32,000 nucleotides of DNA. Source: Mycoplasma mycoides subsp. capri (GTDB lineage: Bacteria; Bacillota_I; Bacilli_A; Mycoplasmatales; Mycoplasmataceae). Below the pieces are notes generated by a model that was given only the letters and a program-made list of their open reading frames with translations, did not search any database and was not told the DNA's origin. The stretch lies in the NCBI RefSeq assembly GCF_018389705.1, contig NZ_CP065581.1, forward strand, positions 60,001 through 92,000. Reading direction: 5' to 3'. The position numbers and the translations under genes were made by a program. Positions 10,882 through 27,677 of the stretch are shown here, piece after piece. How positions within the stretch are numbered: position 1 is the first letter of the stretch; every line of letters begins with the position of its first letter.

Positions 10882-10927
10882 TAATTACAATTTAATATCA
10901 TAAGTTATAGTAGAATTTACTAATTTA

Positions 10928-11377
10928 TTAGTCATTCTTTTTTAAGTACTCTAAAAGATCGCTAACATGTTCAATGTGATCAACATTTCTAAATTCTTTT
11001 AATAAATTTAATTGGTTATCTAAAACAAATGTTGAACGTTCATATTTAACAAATGGTTCATCATCTAAAACAATTGTTTCACTTGTTAAATTAAATTCAT
11101 TTACTAAATCTTTGTTTAAATCAGAAAGTAATAAAAAACTTAAATTTTGTTCACAACAAAATTCATCATTTTTATTAGGTTCATCTTGACTGACTCCAAC
11201 TACATTAAATCCTAATTGTTTAAATTCATCTAAATGTTTTTGATATTCTATAACTTCTAAAGTACATAAAGAGGTTTTAGCTTTAGGATAAAAAAAGATA
11301 ATAAGACCTTTTTGCCCAACTAAGCTGTTTAATTCTACTAAGTTATTTTTATGATCTTTTAATTGATAATTTTTCAT
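10928..11377 (-). CDS. bcp: Thioredoxin-dependent peroxiredoxin, Bcp/AhpC-TSA family
   Basis: LKDHKNNLVELNSLVGQKGLIIFFYPKAKTSLCTLEVIEYQKHLDEFKQLGFNVVGVSQD; ERSTFVLDNQLNLLKEFRNVD. Confidence 0.85.
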   Translation of the reverse strand: MKNYQLKDHKNNLVELNSLVGQKGLIIFFYPKAKTSLCTLEVIEYQKHLDEFKQLGFNVVGVSQDEPNKNDEFCCEQNLSFLLLSDLNKDLVNEFNLTSETIVLDDEPFVKYERSTFVLDNQLNLLKEFRNVDHIEHVSDLLEYLKKND

Positions 11378-11486
11378 AACTTCCTCCTTGAAATCATATG
11401 AATATTGTAGTCCTTTTTTTAAAAAAAACTAATCTAAAATATTTAATCAGTGTTTTTTATATAATTTATGTATAGAAAGGTCGATT

Positions 11487-13229
11487 ATGAATTTTAAAAA
11501 AATAAAATTTAAAAACACTGATTTTAAACAGCTATCATCAAATATTACAGCGGTTTTACAAAAATTTGGACGCGGATTAATGTTACCAATTTCAATATTA
11601 CCTTTTGCTGGTTTACTACTAGGAATTGGTGGAGCAATTGGAGCAAATATTAGTAGTACTAATGAAGTTGGTTTAATTATAAGCAGATCGTTAAAAGCAA
11701 TGTCTGAAATAGTTTTTGCAAATCTAGCAATTTTATTTACTATTTCAATCGTAATTACTTTTACAAATGAATCAGGATCGGCTGCTTTTTTAGCAATTCT
11801 AGGTTATTTAGTTTTTAATTCAACTCAAGCAGCATTTATTCATTACAACAATAATGTTTTAGTTGATGTGTTTTATATTCATAAAGGTGAATGATTAAAA
11901 GCAATTATTGGTTCTAATTTAGGAATCACTTCGCTTCAAACTTCGTTATTTGGTTCTATTATAGTTGGAATTATTATTGTAAAAATTTATAACAAATTTA
12001 AATATATTCAACTACCAAATGCTTTAAGCTTTTTTTCAGGAATTAGATTTTTACCAATTTTAATTATTCCAAGTATGTTTTTATTGGGATTATTATTTTT
12101 AATAGTTTGACCTTATGTTGGTTTTGTGATTAATCAAATAGGAATAGGTTTATCTAAAACTCCAACTGGTGTTGATGGATTTATTTATGGAGTTTTTGGA
12201 AGAGCGTTAATGCCATTTGGACTACATCACATTTTAATTACTTTAGCTTATCAAACTCAATTTGGTGGAATTTTAGAATATGATAAGTTAATAAGTCAAT
12301 TAGAAAAAATGAATGTTGATCAAAACACAATAAATCAAATAAGTGAAGCATTTAAAAGTTTTACTAAAAATAATTCACAAATTATAATTGGAGATCAAAA
12401 CATTTGAAACTTCATTAATTCAATTCCATTAAATAATATTCAAAAAACACCAATTTTTCAATGATTTTCTTACAATTTAAATATTAATGCAGGAAGATTT
12501 ACTCAAGATTATCCAACTTATCTAGGAACTTGTATGGGAATTGGATTAGCATTTATTTTAACAAGTAATAAAGAAACTAGAAAACAAACAGCTTCAGTAA
12601 TTTTAAGTGCTATGGGTGTGTCATTTTTAACTGGAATTACTGAACCATTAGAATTTACTTTCTTATTTATTACACCAGTTTTATATTATGCAGTTTATGT
12701 GCCTTTTTCAGGATTGAGTTATCTATTTATGAGTTTAGTTAATGCTCATGTTGGAGTAGGTTTTGCTAGAGGATTTATTGATCTAATAGTTTATGGAGCT
12801 TTACCTGTTTTAAAAGGAACTAGATTCTATTGAGCATTTGTTTTTGCTTTAATTCAAGGACTTGTTATTTTTGTGATTTTTTACTTTTGAATTATTAAAA
12901 AAGATCTACCAACTCCTGGAAGAAAAGATAATGTATTAGGATTAATTAGTAAAAAAGATTATCAAGAATTAAAGAATAAAAATAATAATGAACAAAGAAT
13001 TTTAGAAATAATTAAAGCTTTAGGAACAATAAAAAACATTAAATCAGTTTCAGCGTGTGCTACTAGATTAAGAGTTGAAATAGTAGATCAAAGTTTAGTA
13101 AATATTGAAGAACTAAATAAATTAGGTAGTCATGGAAACATTATTAAAAACAATAATATTCAAGTAATATTTGGTGGAGAAGCTACTATTTTGTCAGAAA
13201 AAATAAACAATATATTAAACAAAAAATAA
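11487..13229 (+). CDS. ptsG: PTS transporter, glucose/glucosamine-type EIIC-EIIB fusion
   Basis: EIIC (LPISILPFAGLLLGIGGAIG; GFIYGVFGRALMPFGLHHILITLAYQTQFGG; GITEPLEFTFLFITPVLY) followed by EIIB (SVSACATRLRVEIVD). Three track ORFs joined in frame; stop TAA 13227-13229. Exact sugar specificity uncertain. Confidence 0.85.
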
Positions 13230-13348
13230 TAATAAAATCACAAATAAACTTGTACACATAGTAAGTTACAAATTTTTTATTAAAATTACTTATTGTAATA
13301 GATAATATATTGTGCTATGTTATTATAGTTTTAGAAAGAGTGTAATAT

Positions 13349-13639
13349 ATGTTCAGAAAGATTTTTAAAATTCTTATCTCTTTAGTTTTAGCAGCTATTA
13401 TTATTTTGATTGGAATTATTGTTTTAGGATTTTCAACAAGTACTACTGATCTAAACTTCCTACAAAGAGCAACCAATATTTTAAAAAGTCATAATTTTAT
13501 AGATCTATTAAAACTAAACTTATCATCAGTACAAGAGAAAATTGGAGTTGTACTAGTTGTTTATGTAGGACCTTTAATTTTTATAGCTGGGTTTATTTGA
13601 AACTTCTTTAGATTATTATCTACTATATTTAAAAAATAA
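13349..13639 (+). CDS. Small membrane protein of unknown function (96 aa, two TM segments)
   Basis: MFRKIFKILISLVLAAIIILIGIIVLGFSTSTTDLNF...VVLVVYVGPLIFIAGFIWNFFRLLSSTIFKK; extended beyond the track end through TGA=Trp. Confidence 0.7.
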
Positions 13640-13658
13640 AATAAGATAAAATAAATTA

Positions 13659-14240
13659 ATGAATAAAATAAAATTAATTATTAATTGAATATCTTATTTT
13701 AAAAGTATTAAATACGTAGTTTTAACAGCAATTTTGTCAAGCTTATTAACAGTTATAGCCTTAACTACTTCTATGATTCAAATCGCAGGAACTGGTTTGT
13801 TTCAAGTTGCAGATGGGTTGTTTTTAAGTTTGACTTTTTTTATTCCTGGTCCTATGATGCTAGTTGTTGGTTGTGTTTATGCAATGATTTTTGATTTAGT
13901 TTCAGGAGCAGTTTTTTATGTTCCTATTTCAATTATTATTCATATTTTAATGTTTGCTACAATCAAATTATTAATGTATAAATTACCATTTTATTTAAAT
14001 ATAATGATTGCTGAACTCTTTATATTTTTATATGTTTTATATGCTTATCTAATTAATTATTATTCTAATTCTAGTGATACTAGTCAAGCTAATGTTAAAG
14101 CATTAATATCTTTAATAACTGATTTTATTCAATATTTAGTATCAGTAATTTCTGCAATAGTTTTATACAATGTGTTTAATACTCAGAGTTTTTTAAACTT
14201 ATTTAAAAAATTAGATATTGATATTTATAAAAATAAATAA
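13659..14240 (+). CDS. Membrane protein resembling ECF transporter substrate-binding (S) component
   Basis: MNKIKLIINWISYFKSIKYVVLTAILSSLLTVIALTTSMIQIAGTGLFQVADGLFLSLTFFIPGPMMLVVGCVYAMIFDLVSGAVFYVPISIIIHILMFATIKLL; the P/GDxxxxLxxxxxGPxxxxxxG...D..SG...Y.P pattern resembles ECF S proteins. Confidence 0.6.
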
Positions 14241-14354
14241 GCTTTTTGCAATTTTATATTTGATTTATATGTAGTGATAAAATAAAACCGTAAATGCCAA
14301 TCATAAATAATATGACATTTTATTATATATATTTGTTTGATTAAGGAGAATAAT

Positions 14355-15473
14355 ATGAAAATAGGATTACCTAAAGAAATTAAACAAAATGAAAATCGTG
14401 TTGGTATTACTCCTATGGGAGTTGTTGAATTAATTAGAAATAATCATGAAGTTTTAGTTGAATCAGGAGCTGGATTAGGTAGTGGTTTTAGTGATCTTGA
14501 ATATGAAAAAGCGGGAGCAAAAATCACTAAAAATGTAGAAGATGTTTGAAAACAAGAAATGATTGTTAAAGTTAAAGAACCTTTAAAATCAGAATACAAA
14601 TATTTTTATGAAAACCAAATTATTTTTACTTATTTTCACTTAGCTGGTTTAAAAGATTTAACAGAAGAATTAATCAAAAATAAAGTCATTGCTATTGCTT
14701 ATGAAACTGTTCAAACACCAGACAAAGCTTTACCTTTATTACGTCCAATGAGTGAAGTTGCTGGAAGAATGGCAGTTATTATTGCTTCAAATTTATTATT
14801 AAAAAATACAGATAAAGATGCTTTAGGTGTACTTGTTAGTGGAACTCCTGGAACTCCAAAAGCTAATATTACTATTATTGGTGGAGGAGTTGCTGGGACT
14901 TCAGCTCTTAGATTAGCAATAGCTATGGAAGCTAATGTTACTATAATTGAATTTAATGAAAATAGAATTAGACAACTATATGAAACATATGGACACAAAG
15001 CAAACATATTAAAATCAAATTATGCAAATATTGCAAAAGCCGTTAAAGAAAGTGATGTAGTTATTTCAACTGTATTAATTCCTGGTAAATTAGCACCTAA
15101 ATTAGTAACAACAGAAATGGTTAAAACAATGAAACCAAATAGTGTTATTATTGATGTTGCTATTGATCAAGGTGGAAGTGTTGAAACTGTTGATCATATT
15201 AGTTCACATGCTGATCCTACTTTTATAAGACATAATGTCATTCATTATTCAGTTCCTAACATTCCTGGGGCAGTTCCAAGAACCTCAACAATTGCTTTGA
15301 CTAATGCTACACTTACTTATGTAGTAGAAATCGCATCTAAAGGGTGAAAAAAAGCTATTCAAGACAATAGTGCATTAAAATTAGGTGTACAAACTGTTAA
15401 TGGTAAATTAGTTTATAAAAACGTTGCTGATTCATTAAATATTCAATATACAGAAATAGATAATGCAATATAA
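14355..15473 (+). CDS. ald: Alanine dehydrogenase
   Basis: [47 protein letters not shown]...; [30 protein letters not shown]; stop TAA 15471-15473; AAGGAG ribosome-binding site. Confidence 0.95.
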
Positions 15474-15483
15474 TAAAAAAACA

Positions 15484-15507
15484 AAATCTAGCAATTGCTA
15501 GATTTTT
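15484..15507 (+). terminator. Rho-independent terminator after ald
   Basis: Perfect 22-nt palindrome AAATCTAGCAATTGCTAGATTT followed by TT. Confidence 0.8.
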
Positions 15508-15768
15508 TATATCTATTTTTAAATCTTAATTAAGTTAATTAATAACTATAAAGATATTATTTTTTTAATTTAAAAAATAGATTTATTTTTTAGGATTTGA
15601 GTTTTTTATTATAGATTCTATTATGTTATTAGTGAGTTGTATTTATGTAATGCTTTTATCAATTAATAGATTAGATATTGATATTTACCATATACCTTAT
15701 TTTAAAAAAATGTTAAAATAAACATTTAATAGGTTATAATATTATGAAAACTAAAAAGGAGATAGAGA

Positions 15769-16593
15769 ATGAAGAAATATTTTTGTAATTTAAAAACAAG
15801 TATTAGTCAAAACAAAAAACAATATTTAATTAGGTTAGGTTGTTTACTAATTGGATTGTATTTGTTTTCATTATCAATTGCTTTATATGTGCCAACAGCA
15901 GTAGGAGCAAGTCATGTAGATTTTACAAACTTTAGTATATTAGCATTGTTTAAAGATTGAGCAAAAGTTGAAGACAAAACTGTTGAAGGATTAGTTGCTG
16001 CAACTAATTACAAACTAGCTTTAATGTCATTATATGGATTTTTATTACTAGTTTCAGTTGTGTTTCTAGTGTTATCAATTATTAGAGAATACAAAGTCAC
16101 AAAAGATAAAAAGCTATGATTGCAATTAATACCACTAATTGTTTTAGATGTAATAATTAACGTTGGATTATCATATGTAATTGATGGTCAAATTGAAATG
16201 TTAAAAGTAATTGGATATTTAGATTGAATGTTTAATCAATCAACTGCTTACCAATTTAGAACAATATTTTTCACAATTGCATTTGTTTTATATATTGCTG
16301 GACTAACATTTTGAATTCACTCAGGTTGATTATTAGGATCATATAACTCAATCAACACAAACTTTATGAGATTAACTAAATTACCATTTAATGTTTCAAG
16401 AGTGTTAATGGATGTATTAATTATTATTCCTGGAGTTATTATGCTTTTAGTAAATCCTATATCTTGAGATATTAAAGCTAAATTCTTATTAAACTATGTA
16501 AATATTGGTACTATAGGATTCTTATTCTTAGCAGGACCAATGTTAGGAAAAACATTAGGATTACTTAATAAAATTACAAAAATATATCAATAA
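15769..16593 (+). CDS. Multi-pass membrane protein, YczE/YitT-like
   Basis: MKKYFCNLKTSISQNKKQYLIRLGCLLIGLYLFSLSIALYVPTAVGASHVDFTNFSILALFKDW...LPFNVSRVLMDVLIIIPGVIMLL...GTIGFLFLAGPMLGKTLGLL; read through TGA=Trp to TAA 16591-16593. Family call is tentative. Confidence 0.6.
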
Positions 16594-16597
16594 TATC

Positions 16598-16625
16598 AAA
16601 ACAAGCCACGGCTTGTTTTTTTGTT
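16598..16625 (+). terminator. Rho-independent terminator
   Basis: AACAAGCC-AC-GGCTTGTT followed by a T tract. Confidence 0.85.
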
Positions 16626-16675
16626 TTAAGAATTACTTATAATATAATTAATGTTAATAAAAGGAGTTTTTTGTA

Positions 16676-17942
<1,267 letters not shown>

Positions 17943-17944
<2 letters not shown>

Positions 17945-17976
17945 AAGTTCAAGCAATTTTAAGTTTTGAACTTTTT
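17943..17976 (+). terminator. Rho-independent terminator after serS
   Basis: AAAAGTTCAA ... TTGAACTTTT perfect 10-bp stem with T tail. Confidence 0.8.
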
Positions 17977-18045
17977 GTATTTCTCATTAATTTATTTATT
18001 TTAATTTTGTAATAAAATTACATAGAAAAAAGGAAGAATAATATT

Positions 18046-18360
18046 ATGCCAATTATTAAATTTAGTGGACTAGATAAAGAACAAGTTAACCAATTTTCTA
18101 AAAATATTCAAACAATTGCAGAATTAGTAAAAGCAGACCCAAAAAACATTTTTGTTATTTGAGAAAATTCAGAAATTTTTGTAACAGAACCTGATACTAA
18201 ACCAATTTATGTAACAGTTGAATGAATGTCAAGACCAGATAAAGAACAATTATTAGCTGATTTTATTGTTGATTATTTTAAAGATTATTCACAAAAAGTA
18301 TGAGTTTTCTTTACTGATGTAAATTCTAAGTTATATGCACATAGAAAAAAAATAGGATAA
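18046..18360 (+). CDS. DUF1904-like / tautomerase-fold-like small protein
   Basis: MPIIKFSGLDKEQVNQFSKNIQTIAELVKADPKNIFVIWENSEIFVTEPDTKPIYVTVEWMSRPDKEQLLADFIVDYFKDYSQKVWVFFTDVNSKLYAHRKKIG; absent from the track because of TGA=Trp. AAAGGAAG ribosome-binding site. Confidence 0.65.
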
Positions 18361-18361
18361 G

Positions 18362-19336
18362 ATGAAAATCAGAGACATACAAATCGATGGTAAAGTAGTC
18401 CAAGGCCCAATGGCTGGTGTTAGTAATGAAGCTTTTAGAATAATTTCAAAACAACACGGAGCTAGTTTAGTTTATGCTGAAATGGTTTCAGTTGCTGGTA
18501 TGGTTCATGATAATAAAAAAACACTTAATATGTTAAATGTTAATGAGATTGAACATCCAATGAGTATGCAAATATTTGGAAATGATGTTGATGAATTTAT
18601 TAAAGCAACTCAATGAATTGAAAAAAATGTTGATTGTGACATTATTGATTTAAATTTAGGCTGCCCTGCACCAAAAGTTGCTATACGTTCTCAAAGTGGT
18701 TCAGCTTTATTAAAAACTCCAGATTTAATTTATGAAATTGTAAAAAATGTTGTTAAAAATACTACTAAACCAGTAACTGCAAAAATTAGGTTAGGATGAG
18801 ATAAAAATAGTGTTAATGCTGTTGAAGTTGCCAAACTGATTGAAAAGGCTGGAGCTAGTGCAATTGCCGTTCATGCTAGAACTAGAAATGATTTTTATAC
18901 TGGGCATGCTGATTGGGAAAAAATTAAAGAAGTAAAACAAGCTGTAAGTATTCCTGTAATTGGAAATGGTGATGTTATTGATGCCAAATCAGCTAAAAAA
19001 ATGTTAGATGAGACTGGGTGTGATGCTGTTATGGTATCAAGAGCTTGTCAAGGTAACCCTTGAATTTTTGATCAAATTAATCATTATTTAAAAACAGGAA
19101 AAGAACTAGAAAAACCTAGTTTTGAAGAATGAAAAACAACAGTTTTACAACATTTAGATTTATTAGTAAAGTTAAAAACCGAGCAACATGCAATTAAAGA
19201 ATTTAGAAAACATTTAACTTGATACTTAGATGTTTTAAATAATAAAGCACTAACTAAAATTCTAAAAGAAAAAGCTAATAAAATAGAGACTATTAAAGAT
19301 GTAGAAGAGATTATCAAGGAGTATAAAGAAGAATAA
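18362..19336 (+). CDS. dusB: tRNA-dihydrouridine synthase
   Basis: VQGPMAGVSNEAFRIISKQHGASLVYAEMVS; DLNLGCPAPKV; AVHARTRNDFYTGHADWEKIKEVKQAVSIPVIGNGDV. Confidence 0.92.
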
Positions 19337-19338
19337 GT

Positions 19339-20841
<1,503 letters not shown>

Positions 20842-20844
20842 TTG

Positions 20845-20871
20845 AGTAGAACTTATATGTTCTACTTTTTT
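20845..20871 (+). terminator. Rho-independent terminator after lysS
   Basis: GTAGAAC-TTATAT-GTTCTAC followed by TTTTTT. Confidence 0.85.
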
Positions 20872-20893
20872 ATTACAAAACTAAAATTTAATA

Positions 20894-20925
20894 ATAAAAA
20901 AACCAACCTGTTATAAAAGTTGGTT
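20894..20925 (-). terminator. Rho-independent terminator after trxA
   Basis: Minus strand AACCAAC...GTTGGTT followed by TTTTTTT. Confidence 0.8.
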
Positions 20926-20930
20926 ATGTA

Positions 20931-21239
20931 TTAATCAATCAATTTCTTTAATTGGTCAGGAGTAGCAAATCCTATATGTTTATTTACTTGATTTCCATTT
21001 TCAAAAGTTATTAGTGTAGGAATTGACATTATTCTAAATTCTTCAGCAACTTGACGATTTAAATCAACATCTACATCTAAAAATTTAACACCTTCAACTT
21101 TTTTAGCAAAATCATGAAGAATTGGTGCTAACATTTTGCAAGGTCCACATCAAGTAGCATTAAAATCTACAAGTACCTTTCCTTCTTTGATTTCTTTGTC
21201 AAATTGTTCTTTTGAAGTGATTTTAATTATATCTGCCAT
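20931..21239 (-). CDS. trxA: Thioredoxin
   Basis: MADIIKITSKEQFDKEIKEGKVLVDFNATWCGPCKMLAPILHDFAKKVEGVKFLDVDVDLNRQVAEEFRIMSIPTLITFENG; the Trp of WCGPC is TGA, which truncates the track ORF. Confidence 0.95.
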
Positions 21240-21249
21240 TATATCTCTC

Positions 21250-22092
21250 CTAGTCTACATTTAAAATTTTATCACAAATATATCTAGCAACACCATCTTT
21301 ATCATTTGAATAATCGGTGATATCATCAGCTATTTCTTTTAATTCTATAATCCCATTTTTCATTGCAATACCTGTTGTGCAAGCTTTTAATAATGAAAAA
21401 TCATTTGGTCCATCACCAAATCCATATGAGTGAGTAGTTTTTTCATCTAAGTTTAAATATTTCATAACTTCAGCTACCCCACAACCTTTATCAACACCTT
21501 TAACTGAAATATCAAACACTCTATTGTTATAACTATCTACTTTATAATTATCAGCATAATTATTCATTAAATATTTATATTCATTAAGATTTTCTTCTGG
21601 TGTAGCTTTACTGTTTGTAACGATATAAAAATGAGTAATTGGTTCATCGATTTGATCTGGTGAATCTACTGATATGTATTTTAAGCCCATAACTTGATGA
21701 GCCCAATATTTACTATTTTTACCTTCTGCAAAAACATAACAACAATTTGGAGAATAAAAAATCATTTTAGCAAAAAATTTATTATGATATCTATTAAACA
21801 TTTCTTTGATAAATTCTTTTGGTAAAGTTTTATCAAAAATTATTTTATCAGTCTTATAATCATAAATTTGAGCACCATTACTTGCAACAATAATCCCTTT
21901 AAATTTGTCAATTTGTAATAAGCTGGCTTTTTGTTTTAAATCTTTAATTGTTCTAGCAGTTATAGGAACTAAATATATTCCTTTTTTGTATAATTTTTCA
22001 ACAACTTCGATAGTCTTTGGTGAAAAAATGTAATCATCATATAGCAATGTACCATCCAAATCTGAAAAAATAATAATATTTTTCTTATCCAT
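21250..22092 (-). CDS. Cof-type HAD-superfamily hydrolase
   Basis: IIIFSDLDGTLLYDDYIFSPKTIEVVEKLYKKGIYLVPITAR; KGVDKGCGVAEVMKYL; SYGFGDGPNDFSLLKACTTGIAMKNG. Confidence 0.92.
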   Translation of the reverse strand: MDKKNIIIFSDLDGTLLYDDYIFSPKTIEVVEKLYKKGIYLVPITARTIKDLKQKASLLQIDKFKGIIVASNGAQIYDYKTDKIIFDKTLPKEFIKEMFNRYHNKFFAKMIFYSPNCCYVFAEGKNSKYWAHQVMGLKYISVDSPDQIDEPITHFYIVTNSKATPEENLNEYKYLMNNYADNYKVDSYNNRVFDISVKGVDKGCGVAEVMKYLNLDEKTTHSYGFGDGPNDFSLLKACTTGIAMKNGIIELKEIADDITDYSNDKDGVARYICDKILNVD

Positions 22093-22182
22093 TTCATTTC
22101 TCCCTTTGTTTTAAAATAATTATACCTATAAATTACTAAATTAATATTCTATAGCATTTTAACTTTATTTCAAGCATATATT

Positions 22183-22208
22183 AAAAAAAGAACCATTAAG
22201 GTTCTTTA
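22183..22208 (-). terminator. Rho-independent terminator of the rRNA operon
   Basis: Minus strand AAAGAACC-TTAAT-GGTTCTTTTTTT. Confidence 0.85.
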
Positions 22209-22209
22209 G

Positions 22210-22318
22210 AAACTGGCAGCTTGCTATCTTCTCACATAAGTAATATTTTCACCGTAATAGAGCTTAACTTCTGTGTTCGGCATGGGAACAGGTGTGACCT
22301 CTATGCTATAACCACCAG
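22210..22318 (-). rRNA. rrf: 5S rRNA
   Basis: Reverse complement TCTGGTGGTTATAGCATAGAGGTCACACCTGTTCCCATGCCGAACACAGAAGTTAAGCTC... Confidence 0.95.
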
Positions 22319-22381
22319 ATTATTTTTTTGATTGTTCTTTGAAAACTGATTATTAGCTTGAAATGTAAGTTAAAATTGCAT

Positions 22382-25298
<2,917 letters not shown>

Positions 25299-25520
25299 TC
25301 TTACTAGCAATTTGTAACTCAATTAATTTTAGTTAATTGTTTTTGATGTCATTACGAATATAATTTCGTAATAATTTATCTAATTATAAATATTGTTATA
25401 ATCAGAAAATTGCATTTCATCTAATATTCAGTTTTCAAAGAACAATCTATATTTCAGAGATGTTTTACGATCTCTGAAAACTAAATAGAATTAAATAGTC
25501 AGTAATATAAATATCTCCAT

Positions 25521-27046
<1,526 letters not shown>

Positions 27047-27201
27047 AAATTGTTAAATAAAAGTGATTCTGACTATTTTTATTGTTATAAGTTTTTTATT
27101 ACTCAAATAAATCTTTTGACAAGATTTGTACAATAATTATTCTATTTAGTTTTCAAAGATCGTGGTCACTAAGATATCTATATCTTAGTCATATAATATA
27201 G

Positions 27202-27230
27202 AGTATATAATTATTTAAATTTTTTTTCAA
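27202..27230 (-). promoter_or_regulatory. rRNA operon promoter: -35 TTGAAA (27225-27230), 17-nt spacer, -10 TATACT (27202-27207)
   Basis: Read on the reverse strand upstream of the 16S leader. Confidence 0.75.
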
Positions 27231-27289
27231 TAATTGACCATTGTTTTTTTAACTTTTTTTCTTTTTTATAAAAGTTAACTTTTTTCAAA

Positions 27290-27312
27290 TAAAAAACCAG
27301 AAATATCTGGTT
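27290..27312 (-). terminator. Rho-independent terminator between tRNA-Leu and the rRNA promoter
   Basis: Minus strand TAACCAGATATTTCTGGTTTTTT. Confidence 0.85.
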
Positions 27313-27326
27313 AGATTTCAAAAAAA

Positions 27327-27410
27327 TGGTGGGGGATAAGGGACTTGAACCCTTACGTCAAAGACGCTAGATCCTAAGTCTAGTGCGTCTGCCAATTCCG
27401 CCAATCCCCC
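27327..27410 (-). tRNA. tRNA-Leu (anticodon UAG)
   Basis: Reverse complement GGGGGATTGGCGGAATTGGCAGACGCACTAGACTTAGGATCTAGCGTCTTTGACGTAAGGGTTCAAGTCCCTTATCCCCCACCA; acceptor stem and encoded CCA present. Confidence 0.96.
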
Positions 27411-27412
27411 AA

Positions 27413-27488
<76 letters not shown>

Positions 27489-27503
27489 ACAATGACCTAT
27501 ATA

Positions 27504-27532
27504 ATAATAGCATTCTTAAATTTTAATTTCAA
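27504..27532 (-). promoter_or_regulatory. tRNA-Lys/tRNA-Leu promoter: -35 TTGAAA (27527-27532), 17-nt spacer, extended -10 TGC-TATTAT (27504-27509)
   Basis: Read on the reverse strand just upstream of tRNA-Lys. Confidence 0.75.
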
Positions 27533-27677
27533 TTAAACTAGTTAAGATTTTATTTATATATTAAATAAAATTATTAGATTTATTAAAAAAAATAAAAATT
27601 TAGTAAATAATTAATAAATTTTTAAAAAACTAATAACTTTTAAAAGTTTTTTTCTAAAACCAAAATGAGGATAGAAA

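Noticed and set aside
11487-13229. PTS, comEC, phnE-type, serS, lysS and dnaX genes appearing as broken pseudogenes in the ORF track
   Set aside because: Breaks fall at TGA codons with the frame conserved on both sides; UGA encodes Trp here (e.g. WCGPC of thioredoxin uses TGA). No frameshift is needed.
13230-13348. Possible regulatory RNA or terminator between the PTS gene and the 96-aa membrane gene (TTACAA...TTGTAA)
   Set aside because: Arms are only 6 bp in very AT-rich sequence; expected by chance.
14268-14322. Imperfect inverted repeat (AAATG...CATTT) upstream of ald
   Set aside because: Short, interrupted stem; no convincing riboswitch or terminator structure without folding and comparative support.
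14711-15007. Minus-strand ORF of 98 aa
   Set aside because: Antisense to ald, whose frame is clearly coding.
19084-19317. Minus-strand ORF of 77 aa
   Set aside because: Antisense to the 3' part of dusB.
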